The position numbers were made by a program, and so were the translations under genes. From positions 82,601-146,600 of the IMG/VR virus record IMGVR_UViG_3300013936_000011: a DNA stretch of 64,000 bases, one strand, 5' to 3'. The notes under the pieces are model-generated. The model did no database searches. It was not told where the DNA came from and was given only the letters and a program-made list of their open reading frames with translations. Numbering within the stretch: position 1 is the first letter of the stretch; every line of letters begins with the position of its first letter. This document shows positions 42,484 to 51,886 of this stretch, piece by piece. The stretch is from a virus. Its lineage: Duplodnaviria > Caudoviricetes.

Positions 42484-43709
42484 TGGCAATAGAAGTAAAA
42501 GACGCTGACTTATATAAAGATATGATGTTAAAACTTCAATACTATAAAGAAGAAGTAATTAAATCATTTATACGACAAGGATATTATCCTTCTAATGATG
42601 AAATAGTAGCTGCACTAGAAGATATAGATTATCGCAGTGCATTATTTGAAACATATATGTCTAAAGAAGGCTCTCTGTTTAACACCAAAGAAATCAATTA
42701 TATGTTTGAATGTATCTATAAAGACTTAGAAATATTATACAGTGTTTTACAAGATATACTTATTAAAGATTATAACGATCTTAGATTATATATAGAAACA
42801 CACATTGCTGACTTAGAAAGTACAGCTAAAGAGCTCGAAGCACGCTGTAATGAAGAGATGGCTCGTACAGTATTTGGTAATACTATATTCTTCAGAGCAG
42901 GTAACTGGAATATATCTACTGATGATGAATATACAATAGTAGATTTTGGAGAATTGAATTTAATTCAAGGTTCTGAGATAGCATTGTTTGCAGACGTAGA
43001 AAATATAGAAGCGAATAAAGTATCTTTTAAATTAACAGCTACTAACGATGAACAAAACAAATATTCTTTCGATGCTTTGCCTTATAACTATAATGACAAT
43101 ACTTACACAGTTCCAGGAGAAATGGGATGCAATAAATACAAAATGGTATTATCAGCTGGAACAATAGTTAATGGTAACATAAGTGTCAATCTAGCTACTG
43201 ATCCTGTTAATGATTATAAAATACTTGGCGGCGTTGATAAAATGCAAGTAACTTATAAGGATAACTCTACTACTATAATAAGAGATTTTGCTTATGATAC
43301 TAATCAATTCATAGCAGAGAAGGCTTGCTATATACAATTCTATTATATAGATGGGGATTTATTAGAATATAATTTTAATCAAAAGCCTAATCATTGTAAT
43401 TTCTCTATAGTAGACGGCTATGTATCTTCTGACGTTAAAATAAGAAAGGTATTTCTAGATGTTCCTGCAGGCTTTGCATGTTATTTCAAAAAGTCAAATG
43501 ACAAAGGAGAAATTTGGGCCGTGGCTGAAGATGGCATACCAAATACACCTAATACTTTACTCTATACAGGTAATAGAGATATAGAAGATTTTGAGATAAG
43601 AGAATATGTCAAGAGCAATCTAATAAATTATAATTTTAAGATGTATATAAAATCAATAAAGGATGTAGCAAAACTTATTAACAGCGTATGTATTAAACAA
43701 TTAGATTAG
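42483..43709 (+). CDS. Putative structural protein
   Basis: 408 aa, translationally coupled; helical N-terminus plus beta domain. Confidence 0.6.
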   Translation: MAIEVKDADLYKDMMLKLQYYKEEVIKSFIRQGYYPSNDEIVAALEDIDYRSALFETYMSKEGSLFNTKEINYMFECIYKDLEILYSVLQDILIKDYNDLRLYIETHIADLESTAKELEARCNEEMARTVFGNTIFFRAGNWNISTDDEYTIVDFGELNLIQGSEIALFADVENIEANKVSFKLTATNDEQNKYSFDALPYNYNDNTYTVPGEMGCNKYKMVLSAGTIVNGNISVNLATDPVNDYKILGGVDKMQVTYKDNSTTIIRDFAYDTNQFIAEKACYIQFYYIDGDLLEYNFNQKPNHCNFSIVDGYVSSDVKIRKVFLDVPAGFACYFKKSNDKGEIWAVAEDGIPNTPNTLLYTGNRDIEDFEIREYVKSNLINYNFKMYIKSIKDVAKLINSVCIKQLD

Positions 43710-43723
43710 AAAGGAGGACTCAT

Positions 43724-43960
43724 ATGATATTTTATAATTTTAGATATAGAGGACCATATGAATACGATAAATACGTCTTAAATGTTCTTCAATATAGCAA
43801 TATGGTTAATGATTTTATACATGATATTAATAATACTGCTACATGGAAGACCTTGTATGATTTAAACAATGAAGTTAATGACATATATAATAAAACAATT
43901 GGAGATGGTGGAAGATCTGATATGATATACGAAACACTAATCCTTAATAGAGGTGATTAA
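43724..43960 (+). CDS. Small hypothetical structural protein
   Basis: Strong RBS AAGGAGG; N-terminal NFRYRGPYE..K motif. Confidence 0.6.
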   Translation: MIFYNFRYRGPYEYDKYVLNVLQYSNMVNDFIHDINNTATWKTLYDLNNEVNDIYNKTIGDGGRSDMIYETLILNRGD

Positions 43961-43962
43961 TA

Positions 43963-45075
43963 GTGATAAATAAAATGAGTTCACAAGAACTAAATCAAAT
44001 ATTTGAAGATGTAAAGAAAAAACAAGATGAAGCTTTAATACTTATTCAGAACATGAAAAATGATATAAATAAAAAGCTTATGATAAAAAATTATGCCGAC
44101 GAGTTTATAGACCAGAAACTAGATAGTATTAATGCTGGTGTAGTATCTAATCAAAACATAGTTAATTTCACATCTAATGAATTAGCTGGTATATATAATA
44201 AATATGGTTGCATGGTTCATCCTAAATTCAAGAATGATCCTGTCGATATATTTAATTTAAAGGTAGCATCAGGTACTATATCAAACATAATGTTTAAACA
44301 GTCTATGACTTGTAAGGTAAATGATATTGAAAATGAGGAATATATCAATTTATTAAAATCTGATTCTTTAATAGATAAAGAAATAGTATTTGATGAATTG
44401 AATATAGATACAATAACTATATCATACGAGCTTGATAATTCATTAGCTCTTGGTACTTCAAGATTTAATGTTATAGAAATAGATCCATATATAAAAGGAG
44501 CATATAGCCTTACTTCTTTAGAATGTTATGCACTTGACACTACAGGTAATTTATCTAGTACACCAATTACTACAGTTCAAGGATTTGACAATATTGGTAA
44601 AACTAGAATCATACTTGACAAGAAAGTAAAATTCTCTAAAGTCGTTATGACTTTCAAAATCAATTTCTCTACAGAAGTAAATAACATATCTGTGTATCCT
44701 TTCGGTTTAAAACATATATACTTTATGGAAGCTGATTTCCTAGCAGACACTTCTTTTGTAATAGTTCCTATAATAGCTGATGACTTTATTGAATATATCT
44801 ACAATGATATAGTTTTATATACTGCTAATGGTAAGTTTAAAACTACATGTGATATGTACGACATAGAACTTTATACTAATTATTCTAATAATACATTAAC
44901 TGGTAGAGTTTATACTTCATCAGAAGCTTCTATTAATAGAATATCTAAGAACACTAATAAATTGTATGCTAAAATTCCTCTTGTTAAGAAGAACGTCGCG
45001 AACGACGATAAAGAATACTTAAGCTTAAACGGTATTGAATTTAACTTCATAGTTAATGAAGAAATTATCTTATAA
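43963..45075 (+). CDS. Putative structural protein
   Basis: 370 aa, GTG start with GAGGTG RBS; coiled coil plus beta domain. Confidence 0.6.
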   Translation: MINKMSSQELNQIFEDVKKKQDEALILIQNMKNDINKKLMIKNYADEFIDQKLDSINAGVVSNQNIVNFTSNELAGIYNKYGCMVHPKFKNDPVDIFNLKVASGTISNIMFKQSMTCKVNDIENEEYINLLKSDSLIDKEIVFDELNIDTITISYELDNSLALGTSRFNVIEIDPYIKGAYSLTSLECYALDTTGNLSSTPITTVQGFDNIGKTRIILDKKVKFSKVVMTFKINFSTEVNNISVYPFGLKHIYFMEADFLADTSFVIVPIIADDFIEYIYNDIVLYTANGKFKTTCDMYDIELYTNYSNNTLTGRVYTSSEASINRISKNTNKLYAKIPLVKKNVANDDKEYLSLNGIEFNFIVNEEIIL

Positions 45076-45086
45076 GGAGTGATACA

Positions 45087-46358
45087 ATGCTTACAAAGAA
45101 ACAGACTTTAGATACAATTAAAAAGACATTAAGCTTATATAAAACCAATGTCTTAGATAATGTTTATGCAAAAACAGAATATGTAGATTCTAAAGCTTTG
45201 CCAATAATACTTATAAATGACGAGAATAAAACTGGTTCTGCTTTATTCCCATTATTACCTGAACATAATTTAGTATTCATTGCAGGAGATGCTCAAATAC
45301 CAGATAGTAATGGAGACATTACAACAATATACGGTCTATGTTATTCAGATTTACAAGATGATGGAAGTAAATTAATTACTGAATATAGAACTGGTAAAGC
45401 TGCTAAAATAAATTCTAACGGCATATTAGAATCTTTTGAGTATATTGATACGAACGTAAAATCAATCGTTTCTAATATAAAAGGCGGAGAAACAAATAAA
45501 TTATTAGCTAAAAATAGTGATACGGATTTTGATTATAAATGGGTCGATATGCCTTCAATCGAAACATTGCCTGTTAATTATGATAAAAATTGTGCTACAA
45601 ATGTTGCTGAATTAAAAGCTCATACTATTTATGTAGCACCAAAAGATGCTGATTTTTTATATTTAGGATACGAAAAACTTAGCGGCTCTTTTAGTGGATT
45701 TTTTCTTTCAATCAATCCTCATGGTAAATTTATTTATACTGGTTATAAAGATGATAGTAGAATTGAAGTTATGATAGAAGGAACTTGTTATACAGCTTAT
45801 TTTAAAACTGATACTGAAGACGCTCATACTGAAAAAACAGTATATTATTTAACTAAAAATAATAATATAGGTTTTACTCCAACATTGGATTATGAACCTG
45901 CTACTAAAAAGTACGTAGATAATGCTAAAGCTTCAATAACTGTTCCTACTAAGACTTCAGAGCTAACTAATGATAGTAATTTCTTGACTGAACATCAATC
46001 ATTAGATGGATACGCTAAAACTACAGATCTTCATACTCATGACAATAAAGAAGTATTAGATACAATAACAGCAGAAAAAGTAGCACAATGGGATAGCAAT
46101 ACTGGTTCAAGTGGTGGCTCTACATCTGGCATAAATATAGTAACTATATCTCAATCTGATTATGACGCATTAGAAACAAAAGATGCTAATACATTATATC
46201 TAATAACAACTACTAATGCAGGTGATATAGATACTTCAAGTAATGATATAACATTAAGTGATGATTTACCAGCAGGTACTTATACACTTAAATATGAAGA
46301 TGAAAACAATCAACCATTAGATGGTTTCGATGAAATAACAACATTGGAGGTGCAATAA
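45087..46358 (+). CDS. Fibre protein with MLTKxQT N-terminus
   Basis: GG.T..LLAKNS.TDFDYKW, PATKKYVD, VPTKTSELTNDS.F, HTHDNK.VLD and ISQSDYDALETKDANTLYLI fibre motifs. Confidence 0.8.
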   Translation: MLTKKQTLDTIKKTLSLYKTNVLDNVYAKTEYVDSKALPIILINDENKTGSALFPLLPEHNLVFIAGDAQIPDSNGDITTIYGLCYSDLQDDGSKLITEYRTGKAAKINSNGILESFEYIDTNVKSIVSNIKGGETNKLLAKNSDTDFDYKWVDMPSIETLPVNYDKNCATNVAELKAHTIYVAPKDADFLYLGYEKLSGSFSGFFLSINPHGKFIYTGYKDDSRIEVMIEGTCYTAYFKTDTEDAHTEKTVYYLTKNNNIGFTPTLDYEPATKKYVDNAKASITVPTKTSELTNDSNFLTEHQSLDGYAKTTDLHTHDNKEVLDTITAEKVAQWDSNTGSSGGSTSGINIVTISQSDYDALETKDANTLYLITTTNAGDIDTSSNDITLSDDLPAGTYTLKYEDENNQPLDGFDEITTLEVQ

Positions 46359-47797
46359 TGGCTACTTATTCAGACTTAATAAAACAAAACGTAGCTCCTT
46401 ATACAGCCAAAAAAATAGGAGTTTATGATTCAAACGGAGAAAGGGTCGGAGAAATATCATTAGGTGATTTTAAACCAGACTACGGGGAAAGATTATATAG
46501 ATTTGGTATATTATCTGACGTACATAACCAACAAGACCAAACTTCAGAAAGTACAGAAGATTTACAACATGCATTAGATTATTTTAACAACAAACAATCT
46601 GTTAGTTTTACTGTTATATGTGGAGATATATCTCAAAATGGTACAGCTACTGAATTTGCAATATATCAAAATAATGTAAATGCTAAATCTCCTGATACCC
46701 CTGTTTATACTACTACAGGAAATCATGATTGTGGTCAAGGAACTAGTGGATTATCATTAGATACATGGAAACAATATACTGGTAACCACGATAGATGTTT
46801 TGAAATAACACAAGGTACAGATCACTTCTTATTCTTTGGTATGAATAAATGGGACTTCGGAGATTCTGGTACTCCATATGTTACTACAGATATAGATTGG
46901 TTAGAAAGCAAATTACAAGAATATCAAAACGATAGATGTTTTATAATAACACATTTATTTTTCCCAAGTAGAGCTGGTAATTTAAACAGTATTTATCCTA
47001 GTGGTAACTGGCTTGGCGGTTCTCAATTAACTAGAATTCAAGGTTTATGCGATACTTATAAAAATACATACTGGTTTAGTGGTCATAGTCACTGGAAATG
47101 GTATTTACAAAAATATCAATCTAGAGCAAATGTGTATAGAAATAATTGTGGTTGGTGCGTACATATACCAAGTTGTGCAGTTCCTATTGATTCAGATGGT
47201 ACAACTAGAGTAGAAAAACCATTAGAATCAGAAGGGGCAATAATAGATGTTTATGCTGATTATATAGATATAAGAGGTATAAACTTTAAAACAGATAAAT
47301 ATATACCTATAGCTCAATATAGATTATATACAGATATAAATCATGATAGTGGAGGTTCTTCTGGTGGTGGCAGTGGTACTTCTAGTATACCTGATGGTTA
47401 TGTTGCAGCAACAGCAGATAACTTTACAGTAAGAACAGATACAGGTGCTACTACTACTCAATCTGCAGCAACTACTACTGATGATGGTTATATATCTGTA
47501 ACATTTACAGCAGGTTCTCAAAAATTCTGGGTACAAACAAGTAATATGACTTCATCTACTTCTAGAGTAGAAGTATATGTTGAAGATGTTATATACGATC
47601 CTGAACCTTCAACATCTAATAAGATGGGTCTAGGTTTCTACCAAAATGGTGGTTATTACGGAATAGAAACTGGTATAGAACCATATTACGATGCATCTGA
47701 AAATACTGCTGTACAATTTAACTCATCTGGTTCTAAATACAGTGGTACTTATCCAGTAACTATTAAGATGAAGAACTTAGCATTTAAATGTAGCTAG
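46358..47797 (+). CDS. Calcineurin-like metallophosphoesterase, probably fibre-associated
   Basis: Complete motif set SDVH, CGDI, GNHD, TH, SGHSH; Gly/Ser linker and C-terminal beta domain; coupled to the fibre gene. Confidence 0.85.
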   Translation: MATYSDLIKQNVAPYTAKKIGVYDSNGERVGEISLGDFKPDYGERLYRFGILSDVHNQQDQTSESTEDLQHALDYFNNKQSVSFTVICGDISQNGTATEFAIYQNNVNAKSPDTPVYTTTGNHDCGQGTSGLSLDTWKQYTGNHDRCFEITQGTDHFLFFGMNKWDFGDSGTPYVTTDIDWLESKLQEYQNDRCFIITHLFFPSRAGNLNSIYPSGNWLGGSQLTRIQGLCDTYKNTYWFSGHSHWKWYLQKYQSRANVYRNNCGWCVHIPSCAVPIDSDGTTRVEKPLESEGAIIDVYADYIDIRGINFKTDKYIPIAQYRLYTDINHDSGGSSGGGSGTSSIPDGYVAATADNFTVRTDTGATTTQSAATTTDDGYISVTFTAGSQKFWVQTSNMTSSTSRVEVYVEDVIYDPEPSTSNKMGLGFYQNGGYYGIETGIEPYYDASENTAVQFNSSGSKYSGTYPVTIKMKNLAFKCS

Positions 47798-47811
47798 GAG
47801 AGTGATGTTAT

Positions 47812-48288
47812 ATGGCAACAATAACTAAGACAGGTACTGCAACAGCTACACCTACTGCATCTAGTATAAGCTTTAGTGGTACAACACAAAGATCTGGTAC
47901 TATATCATGGACTACTCCTACTTTACCTGACAATGCTACAATATTATCTTGTACATTAACAGGTACAATGACAGGTTCATCATCTTATGGTTCAGTTACT
48001 CTTACAGTTAATGGAACTACTGTTACATCTGGTACAGCATTCAGTATAGATTTAGGTACCAAAGGTACAACAACTTCTGTAACTGCAACTGCAAAAGGTA
48101 GTAGTCGTTGGGGTTCAGGTACTGCTACTTTTAGTAACTTATTATATACAATTGAATATGAATATACCGAAACTGTAAAAGAGAAAAATAAAAAACGCAT
48201 GATAATAAACAATACTAATGTTAAAAAAATGTATTTTGGTGAAAATATTGTATATAAGGTTTATTTGGGAGATATACAAGTATTTTAA
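47812..48288 (+). CDS. Small Thr-rich fibre tip/decoration protein
   Basis: Beta-sandwich domain plus C-terminal VKKMYFG...VYKVYLGD.QVF motif. Confidence 0.65.
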   Translation: MATITKTGTATATPTASSISFSGTTQRSGTISWTTPTLPDNATILSCTLTGTMTGSSSYGSVTLTVNGTTVTSGTAFSIDLGTKGTTTSVTATAKGSSRWGSGTATFSNLLYTIEYEYTETVKEKNKKRMIINNTNVKKMYFGENIVYKVYLGDIQVF

Positions 48289-48307
48289 TATATAAGGGAG
48301 TGATGTA

Positions 48308-48550
48308 ATGCTTACAAAGACACAAACTCTAGACGCAATAAGAAAAGCGCTGATTTCATATAAAACAAATGTATTAGATACTATATATGCTAAAGCTTCA
48401 GACGTGCCTTCAATTGATGGATTAGTTAGTGAGACATCTCTTAATAATAGATTAAGCAATTTATCTGTCGTTACAATGACACAATCCCAATATAATGCAT
48501 TAGAGACAAAAGATTCTAATGTTTTATATCTAATAACTAATGATGAATAG
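48308..48550 (+). CDS. Minimal adaptor protein with MLTKxQT N-terminus
   Basis: 80 aa: MLTKTQT motif, short linker, and TQSQYNALETKDSNVLYLI motif. Confidence 0.75.
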   Translation: MLTKTQTLDAIRKALISYKTNVLDTIYAKASDVPSIDGLVSETSLNNRLSNLSVVTMTQSQYNALETKDSNVLYLITNDE

Positions 48551-48561
48551 GAGGTAAGTAA

Positions 48562-50088
48562 ATGACTGTATTAAAAGTAAAGCCTAGTGGGTATGATGCT
48601 GGTGGCTGGGACTCGAGTGATTATCCTATGGAGAATGCTTACGACGATGATTTAACTACAGTCGCCAGATGTACATTAAGAAGGAATAGAACTAGAAAAT
48701 GTACATATAATTTTACTCTTCCATCATTACCTGAAGGTTGTATTGTAAACGGTATTAAATTACATTTATTATTAAAATGTGCTAACAGTAACTCTTCTGG
48801 AGCGTGTTTTTTAACTATAAAACATAATGATTCGACTACGTTAAAGGAAATACATTTAGAATTTGTAAATGACGGAGTAGATTATGATTTAGAGTTAACA
48901 AAAGATCAATATGATAATTTAACGAGCATATCTTTTGAAGGTAAATATACAACTATAATGTTTACATGTTATGCATATATATTTGACATGTATATATCTG
49001 TTGATTATACTGATTTGACTCAGACAATGTTGTTAAGTGATAGTGAAGTATGGGTATGTGAGAACGAAACTCATACTATCACTGCACAAGCGTATCCTAT
49101 TACATCTGTTACATGGACTACAGATGATCCTAATATAATTGATCTTGTTCCGAGTAATAATGGATTTACATGTGATATTATTGGTAAAGTTCCTGGACAA
49201 TGTTATCTAACTGCGACTCATGCAGATAATTCAGAGTGTACTAAGCGAATATTAGTCGTTGTTAATCAGCTAACTGTAATATGTACTCCTACTATTAATA
49301 TAGGAGATAATGCATTAAAAACATTAGCTATAGGACCTAATGAAATAAAAAGAATATATCTAGGAGATAAACAATTGTTTACTGAGAAACAGGAAGTAGT
49401 GTATACTGATATTAAACACGATAATATACCTAAAGATTTCAGTATGAATTTATACACTAGATTAGTTCCAGATAAATACATAAGTGGTATACTGTGTCGT
49501 GTTTCTACATATATAGATACTGCAGGACATTTGGCAGGAGCCCTTAGAACTACCAATAATGCTTCTGGTATTACTGGTGGAGATAGTAGTGCATGTTATA
49601 GTTTTATACCAGTATATTCGGGTGAAGATATTATTATAGATATACCTAAAACTGATTACGGTATTGGACTAGTTGGATATGATGCTAACAAAGATTATTA
49701 CCAAACATGGTTTGGCCCAGATAATGGATGGGCAAACTATAAAAAATATACAGATGCAGATATAGAAAAATGGACTCATATGACTTGTCCTATTCCTCAA
49801 GAAGGAGTAAAATATATACGTTGGTGTATGGATTCAACTGATACTGACAAATATTATTTTAGACGATATAGTGTACAACCAATAGATTTAAAAGTATATC
49901 CTTTGAATAGTACAGAATCTAGTAAAATAATTTATACTTCTAGTGATGAAAACGTGGCAATAGTAAAAGACAATATGATAGTGGCAAAATCTGCTGGAAC
50001 TTGTGTGATAACAATTACATGTGGAAGTGTTTATTCTAAGATAAATTTGACAATAGTTGATAATAGTAGCGAATTTGCTACATACTGA
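48562..50088 (+). CDS. Ig-like (Big_2) domain protein, putative fibre tip/adhesin
   Basis: VTWTTDDPNII and YTSSDENVA.V...AKSAGTCVITIT Big_2 signatures; internal IG.N.IKRIYLGDKQLF motif. Confidence 0.7.
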   Translation: MTVLKVKPSGYDAGGWDSSDYPMENAYDDDLTTVARCTLRRNRTRKCTYNFTLPSLPEGCIVNGIKLHLLLKCANSNSSGACFLTIKHNDSTTLKEIHLEFVNDGVDYDLELTKDQYDNLTSISFEGKYTTIMFTCYAYIFDMYISVDYTDLTQTMLLSDSEVWVCENETHTITAQAYPITSVTWTTDDPNIIDLVPSNNGFTCDIIGKVPGQCYLTATHADNSECTKRILVVVNQLTVICTPTINIGDNALKTLAIGPNEIKRIYLGDKQLFTEKQEVVYTDIKHDNIPKDFSMNLYTRLVPDKYISGILCRVSTYIDTAGHLAGALRTTNNASGITGGDSSACYSFIPVYSGEDIIIDIPKTDYGIGLVGYDANKDYYQTWFGPDNGWANYKKYTDADIEKWTHMTCPIPQEGVKYIRWCMDSTDTDKYYFRRYSVQPIDLKVYPLNSTESSKIIYTSSDENVAIVKDNMIVAKSAGTCVITITCGSVYSKINLTIVDNSSEFATY

Positions 50089-50093
50089 TAATT

Positions 50094-50127
50094 AAAAAAA
50101 AGAGAGGTTATAAGTCCTCTCTTTTTT
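50094..50127 (+). terminator. Intrinsic terminator (possibly bidirectional)
   Basis: A-run-GAGAGG-ttataagt-CCTCTC-T6. Confidence 0.8.
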
Positions 50128-50154
50128 GCATATATTATAATATGTCAATATGAT
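50126..50154 (+). promoter_or_regulatory. Sigma-A-like promoter of the replication island
   Basis: TTGCAT (50126-50131), 17-nt spacer, TATGAT (50149-50154). Confidence 0.55.
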
Positions 50155-50208
50155 ATGAGTATATATGCAAGATGAATAATATTACTATAAAAGGGAGTTG
50201 GAATATTA

Positions 50209-50802
50209 ATGCCTATTAATGATTTAATGGACACATATGTTAGTATAGCATATGGTTACGAGATTTCGCAAGATATAAAGAAGAAGATATATAACTTCGT
50301 ATGTTATATGTTTGATAACGATTACAATTATGATTTTATTTTAAACTATTTATTAAAACATGGTACAGAAATAACTGATGAGTTATATGAAAACAGTTTG
50401 CTAAAACCAAATAAATTCTATTATCACAGTGAACTTAGAATAATGCCAGATACTTCAATATGGAATCCAAACATAAAGGAGATATCTAAAAAGTTCTATT
50501 TAGAAATGAGAACTCAATATTCTATCGAAGATTTATTAAGCTATTTTTATAGCATATTGTCAGTTCCTAACTCTTTAAGAAATCACAAAAGAGATAAAGG
50601 AGCATTAGAATCTTTACTAAAACAATATCATGTTGAAGGGATTGAAACTATCGATTTGATATTATTTGCAATAGATTATAATATAGATAATAAGGAAAGT
50701 ATATCTAGTCCATTTGATTTGAAAATAGATAGAGACTTATTAGCTAGAATAATCAGAATGATAGAATCTTCAGTATATAAAAAAGTAATATGGAGGGATT
50801 AA
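50209..50802 (+). CDS. Hypothetical protein of the replication module
   Basis: 197-aa helical protein, RBS AAGGGAG, coupled to the primase. Confidence 0.7.
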   Translation: MPINDLMDTYVSIAYGYEISQDIKKKIYNFVCYMFDNDYNYDFILNYLLKHGTEITDELYENSLLKPNKFYYHSELRIMPDTSIWNPNIKEISKKFYLEMRTQYSIEDLLSYFYSILSVPNSLRNHKRDKGALESLLKQYHVEGIETIDLILFAIDYNIDNKESISSPFDLKIDRDLLARIIRMIESSVYKKVIWRD

Positions 50803-50803
50803 A

Positions 50804-51838
50804 TTGAGTTGCAATATAATAGAAGTTGGTGGGAAAATAAATGATAATTTCAGCAGAAATTATTACATAGATAAGAAAGAATTAAATGAAGCGATAAAAA
50901 GATTTGATGGAGATACATATATGACTATATATTCTTATGAGTCTGAGGATATGGCTACAACTAATTTTGTAGCTCCATTCTATCTTGATTTAGACATAGA
51001 TGATATAGAAAATAATTACGATAAATTACTTATAGATTTGAAGATAGTATATAAAAAGCTATGCGATACATTTAAAATAGATAAATCAGATATACAATTA
51101 TATTTCTCTGGTTCAAAGGGCTTCCATATACTAATTAGTGATAAAGTATTTGGATTTGAGCCTAATCGTGATCTTAATAAGAAATTCAAGAAGGTAGCTT
51201 TATATATCAAAAGTTATACTATAACAAAATGTATCGATACTAAGATATACGATAACAGAAGACTATTTAGAGTACCTAATACAGTTAATACTAAGACAGG
51301 TCTTTATAAAGTATATCTTCCTTATAATAAGTTATTTAAAAAGCAACCCGATGGATGCACTAAAGCTATGACTTATGATGAGTTAAAGGAATATGCTTCA
51401 CAACCTAGAAATAAAAGAATTGCACTATACAAATATAATGAACAAGCACGTATAAAGTTTGATGAGCTTATTGAAACTATTGAACAACAAGAAAGAAAGA
51501 AAATAGATACTAAACTTGCTCAAGAATATATAAGAAAACGTAAACTTCTTCCATGTGTTGAATATATATTACAAAATGGTGCAACCAATGGTCAAAGAAA
51601 CAATACTACAGTTGCTTTGGCCAATAGTCTATTCCAAATAGGTGAGAGTCTTGAAGATGTGCGTGAGACTATTACCGAATGGAATATGACAAAGAATGAG
51701 GAGCCTTTACCTCAATCTGAAATTAATGCTACAGTGTTTAGTGCATATCAAAATTCTAGAAATAATATGTTCTATGGCTGTTCAGCATTTAAAGATTTAG
51801 ATGTGTGTGTAAAAGGCTGTTCTATTAATAAAAAATAA
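50804..51838 (+). CDS. Archaeo-eukaryotic-type primase (AEP) with PriCT/PriL-like C-terminal domain
   Basis: Motif I YLDLD, motif II FSGSKGFH, motif III IDTKIY...RLFRVPNT; GQRNNT...WN....PL..SE; TTG start after GGAGG. Confidence 0.85.
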   Translation: MSCNIIEVGGKINDNFSRNYYIDKKELNEAIKRFDGDTYMTIYSYESEDMATTNFVAPFYLDLDIDDIENNYDKLLIDLKIVYKKLCDTFKIDKSDIQLYFSGSKGFHILISDKVFGFEPNRDLNKKFKKVALYIKSYTITKCIDTKIYDNRRLFRVPNTVNTKTGLYKVYLPYNKLFKKQPDGCTKAMTYDELKEYASQPRNKRIALYKYNEQARIKFDELIETIEQQERKKIDTKLAQEYIRKRKLLPCVEYILQNGATNGQRNNTTVALANSLFQIGESLEDVRETITEWNMTKNEEPLPQSEINATVFSAYQNSRNNMFYGCSAFKDLDVCVKGCSINKK

Positions 51839-51886
51839 TTTTATATATAGATTATTAATTATAATCTTATGAAATGAGGGGATATA

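Noticed and set aside
1085-48550. Invertase/shufflon switching among MLTKxQT genes
   Set aside because: All copies are on the same strand with their own RBS, DNA identity is degenerate, and no recombinase is present.
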